DNA from: an uncultured Nitrososphaerales archaeon
GTDB taxonomy: Archaea; Thermoproteota; Nitrososphaeria; Nitrososphaerales; Nitrososphaeraceae
DNA length: 17,944 nucleotides
Assembly (NCBI GenBank): GCA_963709405.1
Contig: CAVPXM010000098.1
Coordinates: 1 to 17,944, forward strand
Direction: 5' to 3'
The translations under genes were made by a program, and so were the position numbers. The first letter of the stretch is position 1. Each line of letters opens with the position of its first letter. The notes below the pieces were generated by a model, which was not told the origin of the DNA, did no database searches, and saw nothing but the letters and a program-made list of their open reading frames with translations. This document shows positions 1 through 8,878 of the stretch, one piece after another.

Positions 1-147
1 AGTTTGGTAAGAATTTTATTGTTGGTTTTGTATCTGCTTCTCGACATGATTCAGGAGTATTAGAAAATGTAATGATATCTAGTATCAAATTATCTTCTCC
101 AAATACATCTTTAAACAATTTTGGTAATACAAGGATTTCAGCACTTG
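1..147 (+). repeat. Direct repeat copy 1 (partner 8732-8878), 145/147 identical
   Basis: Base-by-base match at offset 8731. Mismatches only at 77 (A vs G) and 86 (C vs A). The copies diverge after GCACTTG. Confidence 0.97.
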
Positions 148-428
148 AATCACAGTATCAAGATTTTCATCTAGTAAGCTCTGGCCCTTTTATAACTTCA
201 ACAGGCTCACCACTCTATAAAATAGAATATACACACACAGATGGTATTCTACCGATCACGACAACTGAAATATGGTCATTGAAAGGTGCTGATGCCTTTA
301 TGCTCCTATCTAATGTCGATACATCTGAGACCTCTACATATATGCCTATATTTCAAAAGATGATAAATTCATTTAGTTCATCCTTGTCTTCAACCACGTT
401 ACACCCAATGAAAGTGCACAGCGTATAA
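1..428 (+). CDS. PsbP-like domain protein, 5'-partial (runs off the window start)
   Basis: The frame is open from base 3 (FGKNFIVGFVSASRHDSGVLENV-MISS...), so ATG 72 is internal. The second copy at 8701 supplies the upstream VQYPSSW motif. The end 'YMPIFQKMINSF' is the typical PsbP-like terminus. Confidence 0.75.
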   Translation, partial: FGKNFIVGFVSASRHDSGVLENVMISSIKLSSPNTSLNNFGNTRISALESQYQDFHLVSSGPFITSTGSPLYKIEYTHTDGILPITTTEIWSLKGADAFMLLSNVDTSETSTYMPIFQKMINSFSSSLSSTTLHPMKVHSV

Positions 429-610
429 AGTATGGGAGACTCTTGTTTAGGTATTCGAGATGTAGATTTAGGGACAAGACTCATGTTCTAATTAGCAACT
501 CTTGTTCTTCCGATGTAATATGGATTAAAACCAATATTGTACGAGTGTAAAACTAATTATTATAAATAATATTAGTAAGCCCATATTCGAGATCAGATTC
601 AGGGTAGTGA

Positions 611-839
611 TTATGATTTTGTTGATCTTATTGTTGCATTCGTTGCATTTTCAGTTGTCGTTGGAATACCAGATATGTTCGATTCTGTTGAATTAACTGA
701 TTTGTCACCAGAATCACATACTGCCGGTTTTTCTCCCTAGGTCAGATGTGAGTGAAAGCCAGTCTTAATTCCTAATAATACAAAAGCAAAGGTAAAAGAT
801 GACAATACCTGAACATATGCTAAGTAGTACTTGATTCAT
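611..839 (-). pseudogene. Degraded small secreted protein (signal peptide plus Ser/Thr/Asn-rich tail)
   Basis: Broken frames read ...AYVQVLSSFTFAFVLLGIKTGFHSHLT* then EKPAVCDSGDKSVNSTESNISGIPTTTENATNATIRSTKS*, with internal stops and frame changes. Confidence 0.45.
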
Positions 840-926
840 TCTTCGGCTGATTAGACTCACTTACCTATCCATTTTCCTTATAACGGTTAACTTACAGTAT
901 TTGTAAGTTACTTCGTCAATTCCATA

Positions 927-1187
927 TCAGGTCACTCCTATTGTAGTTATTATTCCAAAGATTGTTACACGTTCGTCAGTCATATACCTCGATTTACCCG
1001 TAGATATAGCTATTGTTGATGAAGTCTGTTTAGTTGTTATGTTACCATTATTATATATTGCTTTTTGACCGGACGCATACGGCAATATGTCAGAACATGT
1101 AATAATGACTCCAAATAACATCGTTAAAGAAACTATTATGACTATTATTACGTATAGAATGGGATCTTCGAAACATGAAACTATCAA
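927..1187 (-). pseudogene. N-terminal fragment of a secreted/membrane protein
   Basis: Hydrophobic signal-like stretch, then YASGQ and 'IAISTGKSRYMTDERVTIFGII' (start of a beta-sandwich-like domain), then an early stop. Confidence 0.35.
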
Positions 1188-1571
1188 TGGTTGGCCGGTT
1201 CTTGGCTGAAAGGATTGGAATGAAGAAATGGATGAAACACAACTAGCGCACCATCTTGTGAAAGCATATTATATTGGATCCTTAAAGATGGCACTATATC
1301 TGTCTAAACTTCAACATACGATTGAGCTAACGCAAGAACCATCGTAATCCTTGTTGTGTTCATGAGTTCTGTTTGACGCCGAGAAGGTTAACGAAATCAC
1401 CATCAAATTAATATTCAATTATTTCCAATAATATTCCACCTTTCTCTAAAAATGTAGTCTTGTTTTATAAATACCTTAATGCATAGGTGAAGTTAAGTTC
1501 GAATTTGAAGTTGAGCTGGAATTAGTTGAAATCATCTTTGCATTTTGATTTTGACCGTTCTAGTACAAGGT

Positions 1572-1679
1572 ATGAGGTCTAGAATCGTTCTCGTAGATGT
1601 AGGCGCATTAGGTATTGCTATATCTGGTTTACTATTGGTACATCCTATAGATATTGGAATACCTCTTTTGGCTCAGTAA
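1572..1679 (+). pseudogene. Signal-peptide-only remnant (MRSRIVLVDVGALGIAISGLLLVHPIDIGIPLLAQ*)
   Basis: Basic N-terminus, hydrophobic core and an LAQ cleavage-like site, followed directly by a stop. Confidence 0.3.
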
Positions 1680-2180
1680 TTCAATTGCATTATTGATAAG
1701 AGGAATACAGAATGACAGGCAGCAGGGATGGGTGGCAAAACAATAAGATATAATAACTCAAAAGACATCCAAAAAAATATTGCATAGTTAACACAGTTAA
1801 GGGAATCTGGAGAATTGCAAGAAGTCAAGGAAGAGGACCAGGACGAAGATAAATGCAGAAGAAAACTCGAAGGATTGGAGTCTTTAAAATGACAAGGGTT
1901 ACATCAAAACCACAATAACAAAAGTGGAAATTCAACCGAAGTCAGAGATGGGGAAAAGCTACAAAGAAAAGGGCATTAATAATTCAAAGTTGACTATATA
2001 ATGGGTGGAAAAATTGAGTCAAATTTGTCTTGCATTCCACCGGACTCGGACCTACGGTTACTTGCAGGCGTACGCGGTTTGGTCGGCGGTAAAAAGCTCG
2101 ATCAGCCCTTCACTCGAATTTAATTTTATAACTTTACGTGAGTTGCAAAAAAAGAAGATAGACATGTATTCACCAGTTAT

Positions 2181-2214
2181 GACCCATTTGACGCGAAATT
2201 CGACGCATTTGACG
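2181..2214 (+). repeat. 13-bp direct repeat GAC(C/G)CATTTGACG x2, 21-bp period; possible operator or iteron
   Basis: 2181-2193 GACCCATTTGACG and 2202-2214 GACGCATTTGACG, directly upstream of a TATA-like box. Confidence 0.7.
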
Positions 2215-2219
2215 AATAC

Positions 2220-2226
2220 TTTAATA
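2220..2226 (+). promoter_or_regulatory. Putative archaeal TATA box (TTTAATA) for the 2257 gene
   Basis: TTTAATA about 31-37 nt upstream of the GTG start. AT-rich background limits certainty. Confidence 0.45.
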
Positions 2227-2256
2227 GGTGTTATTTCTATAATTAGATGATATAAT

Positions 2257-3938
2257 GTGCCTACCAAACTTCCGAATAATCTTAAATCGCTGGTGATTCA
2301 AGAGTGGTTAAAAGGAGTACAAAGAGATAAAATCGCAGGTGATAATGGCCTTAGCGCAGGAGCTGTAACAAATATTGTCAATGAATGGAGAGATGCCCTC
2401 GGTTTTTCTGCAGCAGATGATTTGAGGGAGCTGGCTGTTACTTTAAAGAAAATTGGTATAACCGCAGCTCAATGTGCAGCTGGTTTTAGAGTTGCAATGA
2501 TGATGAGTAGATTAGGAGTAATAGAGAATAGCTTTGAATCATTTATGATTGATGTTTACAAGCGTGGCAACAATCTGGGACTAACGCCAGAAAGCATTGC
2601 TTCTTATTTGAGAAACTTGATTGAGTTTTCAAAGACCGTACCATTTTCTCAGATATCAGAGTTCATTCAGCAAAAGGTAGAAGAGAAAAAGGAATTAGAG
2701 CAAGAAATCGAAAGGTTAAATGACCAGATCAAAAAGCTGAACGAGGAAAAATCAATTAGTGAGGCTCGTCGTTCCTCTGCCTTACATGAAGAAAATATGA
2801 CTACTGCAGAGCTAAAATCGTATTCGGACTTGAAAAAAGAACTCGGGCGGTACGGGATACATATCGATGATGATCTTTTAAAATTTGCAAAAGTAGTCCA
2901 TGGAATAAGTCAAGAGGGTTATGATGCTGGCAAAGTTATAAAAGAATTCTCAGATTTAGAATCACTCAAGACTGAATACTGGTCTTATCAAGCATCCATA
3001 CCAGATTTGAAAAAGAATTATGATGACTTGAACCAAGAATGTTCTATGCTAGAACAGTCTGTGAATTCCTATAACCAAACGCTTTCTTTGTATAATGAGC
3101 TACAAGCTATGGGATTTGGTCTTAAAGAGCTAAAACAGTTGCGCAATACTTTTAACGAAATTGCATATGCAAATAATATACCTAAGGATCAGGCTGGTCA
3201 AAAGTTCTATAAGGATATTGAAGAAGATTACGATGATAAGCTAGGTTTTGAATCGAAGTTAGATAAACTTCGTTCCGATATTGTTACTGTTAATGCGAAT
3301 TTAAATGTCTCACGAATAGCATTACTTGCTCAACCATTGGTCGGACCATCGTTACAAAGGCTTTTTTCCAAAGGACTAGTCGAGCAGGATATTGTTGAGC
3401 TTGCAAACATCTTATTTGGAAGATCCCATGGTGATGGTGGTGGAAGCAGCAATAATATATAGACAAACAATCTCTGATGGAAGACCTGAAGAAATATGGC
3501 AACATAATATCTACTATACAAGAATTAAATCAACAAGCAGATAAATTAAGAAATCAAATAGACGAATTACAAAGACGGAAGGAAGGTTTAGAGGGACAGA
3601 ACCAAAAGATGCTATCTATTTTAGCCTATTCAGAGCCGGTTGTTGAGTTTTTACATGGATCGGATGATCACTCATTTAGTAATGATAATGATAATGTAAA
3701 AATCCTTGCAATGATTGCATTTAGCTTGTATATTTTGTACCTTCGTTACGTAGGGGTAGAAAAATTAGTTGATGATGATCTTAACAAATTATTTGTACGG
3801 TTGTCAAGAGCTGTTGCTGCCAGAGGTGAAGAAGCTGTTTCTATTCCAGAATTGAAGATAGTTATAGGAAAAGCCCTTAGAGTTTTGATAGCCAAATTAG
3901 ATACTAAAACGCAGGCTGACGAAAAGATATTGTACTAG
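2257..3938 (+). pseudogene. HTH / long coiled-coil protein with a C-terminal hydrophobic helix (~559 aa if repaired); split into ORFs 2257-3462 and 3477-3938 by a 2-nt insertion
   Basis: HTH-like N-terminus 'QRDKIAGDNGLSAGAVTNIVNEW', several E/K/L heptad segments and hydrophobic 'ILAMIAFSLYILYL'. Removing TA from ATATATA (3455-3461) gives the continuous reading ...NNIDKQSLMEDLKKYG. Confidence 0.75.
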
Positions 3939-4190
3939 ATAGACTTCTTTCGCTGATTAATAACCAACAAAAATCCATTATGGCTCATTTTCACGTACCT
4001 TTACACGATCATTTTCAGCTTTATCAGTTAAGTCGGATAATTTACATCTCATCATTTAGTATGCTTCATCTCTGATTGTTCTATTGCTCTGAAATCATTT
4101 GTTGTTATATCATCAATTGTTCTAAGGGTAATCTAGTCTAGTGGCTAACATCGATTCCAAAATAGTTGCACGCTGTAACGTATTTGTCAG

Positions 4191-4496
4191 TTAATTTTCA
4201 GGATCATGTAGAACATAATATCTAGCACTAACACTCTGTTGTGACACGTACCGGTTTATCCTGCCTTTATGTTGCACCACTGCGTCGATATGTGCGGGTT
4301 CGGTAAAGCCTTTTTCGGAGTCAAGATCGAGGGATACCTCAAAATGCTGAGTAGATACAATAATTATCGGTAATTTCTTGAATGATTGATCTATTGTCTT
4401 TAGCTTGGATAGTAGAACCTCCTTGTCTCTGTCGTTCCTATCATTTCTTGTGAGCTGACCGTGTAATAGAATGGTGTCCCTTTTGAGTACGCCAGT
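4191..4496 (-). pseudogene. cas3: Relic of CRISPR-associated helicase Cas3 (helicase C-terminal domain, motifs IV-VI)
   Basis: Stop-to-stop frame with no upstream start: TILLHGQLTRNDRNDRDKE...LPIIIVSTQHFEVSLDLDSEKGFTEPAHIDAVVQHKGRINR. This parallels Cas3 LLHSRF..DR, VSTQVVEVSLDID, TEPAPID.LVQRxGRVNR in order and spacing. Confidence 0.85.
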
Positions 4497-4588
4497 TCAA
4501 ATAATTAATGAAACCGTAGAAAGTAATCAAAAATAGTATTGGGTACTTGTTCTAACTAATAAGGTAGATGAAAAATATGAAAAATTGA

Positions 4589-4906
4589 ATGGGACCAGCT
4601 ATCATACTATCTTACAAACTGCGTATTAAAAATACAACCATCTTTGATTCGATGTCTCTAGGAAATATATTAACTAAATTCCTGTTTACAATAGGAGCAA
4701 GTATTGTGTTAGTCCTAGGACGCGGCGAACTCCTCTCAGATCACAGCATATACGCTAGATTTCTTAACAGCCCTCCTAAATCACGTATTGGTGAGTACGA
4801 TTCAAAAGATAATCAGCATGAAAAAGAGCAAACTCCAGTTGGTCTGGATGTCAAATATAGGATCGAATCGTTGGCGCTCAGTCGATACGAGTCAGAACCA
4901 GACTAA
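4589..4906 (+). CDS. Hypothetical; probably an N-terminal fragment of a secreted protein (likely start at MSLGN)
   Basis: Signal-like 'KFLFTIGASIVLVLG' followed by a short polar region. No recognisable domain. Confidence 0.25.
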   Translation: MGPAIILSYKLRIKNTTIFDSMSLGNILTKFLFTIGASIVLVLGRGELLSDHSIYARFLNSPPKSRIGEYDSKDNQHEKEQTPVGLDVKYRIESLALSRYESEPD

Positions 4907-5207
4907 TAGACTAGCAGTGCACTATTGTAAGATTGAAGTTGATATCAGGTGAAGTAAAATATGAAGATAATTATCTCCATGTTCAAATTCCTGCAAACTG
5001 TAGGCTTTGTGGAATTAAGCTCATATTGACTTTTTAGTATTGGAACGTAGGCTGGGGCAGAAAAATTCCCCAATCGCCAATAAGTTTTCGTTTGATCAAG
5101 GTATGGGAAAATGATGCTCAGTGACTAATAACCGATCCCAAAAATAGATAGACATATAGCTTGTGATTTTCCTATCCATAAATGTGGTTGGTTGTTCCAT
5201 CCTCTAA

Positions 5208-5425
5208 TAAGAGCCTATCCCAAATTTATCCTCCTGTAAATAAGAATGCAACAACCCAAATATACTAATGCAAAATAGTTTTGCTAACTTCTTTCATATC
5301 TAACCAAAAGTTTTCTGAGCCTGTTGTGCCAGGAGTTAGTTCTTTCTGCAACCCATCTTCTGGAACTATGATGATGGGCTCTCCTGATTGCTGATACAGG
5401 GCTCACCTATGTTAGGAAGTACAAC
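5208..5425 (-). mobile_element. IS5-family insertion sequence remnant: transposase C-terminus plus right terminal inverted repeat
   Basis: Minus frame reads RRWVAERTNSWHNRLRKLLVRYERS*QNYFALVYLGCCILIYRRINLG* (RWxVERTxSW...RY signature carrying the DDE glutamate, one internal stop). It ends in TTTGGGATAGGCTC|TTA, a GAG-type end next to a TWA target typical of the IS1031 subgroup. The upstream boundary is approximate. Confidence 0.85.
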
Positions 5426-5761
5426 AGTTAATCAACAAAGAGGCTGAAAAAGTCAATAGATGTAGTGAAAGAGAATTGAAATCACAAGTAATTAAAAATT
5501 CCTAGTCGTCAGACATAAAGTAATATATAAAAAATATGTGCCGAATAGCTTTATAGAAACCATGTGATTATGGGAAGTGAAAAGTGAAAAGTATACAAGA
5601 TAAAGGATAGAGGGCTTTTGGCAGAGTCTCAACTACTGACACACCACTTGTGGAGGGAGGGTTGTAAAGTTTACTAGGACGACGATATTATTAAAAAGTG
5701 TACAGGCATATAAGAAGCTGAATAAATTATGAGACAAGGCAACCACCGAATGAAGTAAGAA

Positions 5762-6121
5762 ATGACTAGCAAGTTCGTAGTTCATTGTAGGAAATGGCCT
5801 TATGATGTGTATATTGGTCGGCCTTCGCTGGCAATACGTCGAGATATTCCCGGCAGCGATGGAAGATGGGGCAATCCCTTCGTAGTCGGTAAAGACGGTA
5901 CTAGAGAACAGGTAATAGCCAAGCATAGAGAATGGTTAGTTTCGAATAAGGAATTAATGAACCAGCTTCCAGAGTTAAAGGGTAAAGTCCTCGGCTGCTG
6001 GTGTGCACCTTTGCCGTGCCATGGCGATACGTTGGCAGAGTTAGCTAACAAACAACTAAACCAAACTAGCAGCAGCTTCAGCAACAACCAACGACAAGCA
6101 ACCCTTTCAGACTTTCATTGA
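5762..6121 (+). CDS. DUF4326 domain protein
   Basis: Motifs VVHC...YDVYIGR, WGNPF, and LKGKVLGCWCAPLPCHGDTL; the frame is intact. Confidence 0.9.
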   Translation: MTSKFVVHCRKWPYDVYIGRPSLAIRRDIPGSDGRWGNPFVVGKDGTREQVIAKHREWLVSNKELMNQLPELKGKVLGCWCAPLPCHGDTLAELANKQLNQTSSSFSNNQRQATLSDFH

Positions 6122-6302
6122 AGCACTGATTAAAAAGTAGTTGCTACGACTCTCCCAACAACTACGACTTGATCAAATCCTGTACTGGCTTGCTATTGCA
6201 TTATTTGCAAGCTCTACAAATTTTTGATTTATCCCATCTCTTGAGTGACTCTTCTTACGATTTCAATCCAATCATGTGATTCAGTTCTCATCATTGAATT
6301 TA

Positions 6303-6746
6303 TTATTTGATAGGCGCCCCGGTTCTGGAGTGTTCTGTAATATCGTCTTCTTGACTATCTGAATCAGACGAAAGTACAAATCCATGTCCAAGCTCATCTA
6401 CATATTGTGAAATTCTATCATTCAATAGTTCAAATGTTGAATCACTTATCTCTCCTTGTTCAAGTAGCGTTGTAATATCCCTTCTTTTTATCAATAGTAA
6501 CCCTAAACATTTTTCTCTCTCGTGTTTAGATAATTCATATATATTATCGATTTTCTGTATATGAATTCTCAGAACTTGCGTTTGTCTCTTTTTAGAAGTA
6601 CGCTCAATAATAAATGGGATAAACCATCCAAAAATGGCTCCTATTATTGGACCTAAAATAACTCCATATAATAGGTCTGGTGGAATAGTAACATTAATGG
6701 GAACTGGTAATTGAGTGAAGTGCGCAGTTAACCTTCCCTTGTATGT
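6303..6746 (-). pseudogene. Start-less C-terminal fragment of a membrane-anchored surface protein (tail type seen on YncE/YVTN-like proteins)
   Basis: The frame is open well upstream of the listed 6494 start: YKGRLTAHFTQLPVPINVTIPPDLLYGVILGPIIGAIFGWFIPFII (TM), ERTSKKRQ, then ...LEQGEISDSTFELLNDRISQY. No start codon precedes it, and it overlaps the trmO 3' end. Confidence 0.6.
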
Positions 6747-7145
6747 CTAGAGTAGGTGTACGGCTTTATGTCGAGTATAGGCATACCATTTATGGCATCA
6801 AGGCCTCGCACCTTGACAATATTATGATGTCTTTCCAATAATTCCACCACTGTAACACCTATGGGATTAGGACGATTTGGCGTTCTTGTTGCAAATAAAC
6901 CTACTTTCTCAATATCTCTTCTTCTTCTAGGATGGATTTTGAGTTCCTTGATTCTTGTTACTCTTGTGCATAAAATATATTAGAATCAAATGCGAGTATG
7001 CCTCTATTCCATCTAGAGCCTCAGCAAATGTACGATTTATAATCAAAGTCGATATAGTTGTCTCAGGTTGCTTTTTGATCTCTTCTTCCCCAAAGTCGGT
7101 CTGGACATATCCTATAGGTTTTAACACCAACTCCTTGGCTTTCAA
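6728..7145 (-). pseudogene. trmO: tRNA (N6-threonylcarbamoyladenosine(37)-N6)-methyltransferase TrmO/TsaA, frameshifted near 6964
   Basis: LKPIGYV...FAEALDGIEAYSHLILIYFMH, then in a shifted frame LKIHPRRRDIEKVGLFATRTPNRPNPIGVTVVELL...VRGLDAINGMPILDIKPY. Confidence 0.9.
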
Positions 7146-7273
7146 TACTTAATACCTACTCACAGATGTCGTACCGTATCATCAATTGACTTGTAACCTC
7201 ATCGTTTAATCTTTTACTGCATACTTTCAGATTGGTTTTTCTCGGGCCAGTTCCTCAACACTAATATACGAAT

Positions 7274-8666
7274 TCATAATCGCTTAGCCGTCTGCAATGC
7301 AGCAATATTCAAAGGTTCCCACACTGGCGAAGCTGGCGGTACATAACATGCATCATAGCTTGCTAAATCTCTTATGTCTGCTTTAAGTAAGAGAGCTAAT
7401 GCAATTAAATCAATTCTCTCTTTTACTCCTTCTCCTCCAACAATTTGTGAACCTAATATTCTTCCACTTTTTCTATCAGCAATAATCTTTATCCATATTG
7501 ATTTGTTATCTGGATAATAACCAGCCTTTGTTATGCTTTCTATTCCTTCTTCAATAGGGTCAAAACCATACTTCAAAGCATCTTGTTTAGTTAATCCAGT
7601 CTTACCAATATACAAGTCAAATACCTTGGTTATAGCACTGCCAGCAATTCCCCTAAACCTTGCACTTCCACCAGCCGCGTTCTCTCCTGCAACTCGTCCC
7701 TGCTTGTTTGCAGTTGTTCCCAAAGGTAGGTATGTGTCGTCATTTGTAATATAGCTTCTAGCAGTTGCACAATCTCCCGCTGCAAATATATCTGGAACAT
7801 TGGTTCTCATGTATTCATCAACCTTAATTGCATTGGCAAATCCTAGCTCTATACCTGCATCTTTAGCAATTTCAGAATTAGGCCTCACACCGGTTCCAAG
7901 TAGTATGAAATCTGTATCGATCTGGCGATTAGTATTAGTTTTTATGGTCTTGACATAGCCATCTGCGCTACTACTACCAACTATTTCTTCTACTCGCTCA
8001 CCTGTAATAACTTTCACTCCATTGGCTTCTAACTCTTTTTTGTACAATCTTGGCCATGTGTTTGTCAAGCATAGTAGGAAGTACATGGTCACTCATCTCT
8101 ACTACCGTTATATCCATTTTTCTTCTCGCACCTCTTTTCTTAAATGCCTCTACCATCTCAAGACCAATAAGACCTGCACCTGCAATTACGCATGTAGAAG
8201 CATTTTTTGTTTTTGTAGAATCATATATTTTTAGCCCATCTTCATAATTTCGTATTAGAAATAAACCATCACCATTTTTCTGGTTGACTCCTTTGATGTT
8301 AGGAAGTACTGCTCTTGCGCCAGTAGCTACCACTAAAGAATCATATTCATAAATTGTTTCTACTCCACTTTGCAGATCTATTGCATATACTTCCTTTTTT
8401 ACTCTGTCTATTTTCTGTGCACGGGTATTAGTAATAACATCTATCTGGTATTGTTTTTTGAACACATCTGCTGGTCTTTCTATTAGTTCTTGAAAATCTT
8501 TTACTATACCTTCAATGACATATGGCATTCCACAAGCACCATAAGAGACTACTTTTTCATCTTGAATTATCTTTACGTCAGCATCAGGATCGATTCTTTT
8601 AGCTTTTGATGCTGCACTTGGGCCTGCAGCAACACCACCAATAACTAATATTTTCTTATTATCCAT
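7274..8666 (-). pseudogene. FAD-dependent CoA-disulfide reductase / NADH oxidase-like protein (~463 aa if repaired), +1 frameshift in the T6 run 8036-8041
   Basis: VIGGVAAG, SYGACGMPY redox Cys, ATGA, GAGLIG, AAGDC and YVPP motifs span ORFs 7998-8684 and 7274-8092. Removing one base gives AKIVQKELEANG. Probable start is ATG 8666 (MDNKK). Confidence 0.9.
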
Positions 8667-8692
8667 ATGTAATACACCTTGCAAAGCTGCTA

Positions 8693-8698
8693 TTATAA
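8693..8698 (-). promoter_or_regulatory. Putative TATA box (TTATAA) of the oxidoreductase gene
   Basis: Lies 27-32 nt upstream of ATG 8666 and coincides with the apparent left edge of the duplicated PsbP-like fragment. Confidence 0.45.
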
Positions 8699-8731
8699 GA
8701 GTTCAATATCCATCAAGTTGGGAAAAAAAAC

Positions 8732-8878
8732 AGTTTGGTAAGAATTTTATTGTTGGTTTTGTATCTGCTTCTCGACATGATTCAGGAGTATTAGAAAATG
8801 TAATGATGTCTAGTATAAAATTATCTTCTCCAAATACATCTTTAAACAATTTTGGTAATACAAGGATTTCAGCACTTG
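8732..8878 (+). repeat. Direct repeat copy 2 of 1-147 (PsbP-like fragment; PsbP-like reading starts at about 8695)
   Basis: 145/147 identity to the window start. Upstream bases read IRVQYPSSWEKKQ in the same frame. Confidence 0.97.

Noticed and set aside
2257-3938. SMC/Rad50 assignment for the coiled-coil protein
   Set aside because: No Walker A/B or ABC signature motifs.
3940-5700. CRISPR array near the cas3 relic
   Set aside because: No regularly spaced 24-48 bp repeats found here or elsewhere in the window.
6137-6169. GTAGTTG/CAACTAC inverted repeat with CTACGACT x2 after the DUF4326 gene
   Set aside because: A 7-bp stem with a 15-nt loop and no U-tract is too weak to call a terminator or operator.
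8036-8041. Programmed ribosomal frameshift in the oxidoreductase
   Set aside because: Plain A6 run without an X XXY YYZ slippery site or an evident stimulatory structure, and many other genes here are broken too.
1-8878. The 147-bp repeat as a diversity-generating retroelement TR/VR pair
   Set aside because: Only two mismatches, with the adenine in a different copy each time, and no reverse transcriptase in the window.
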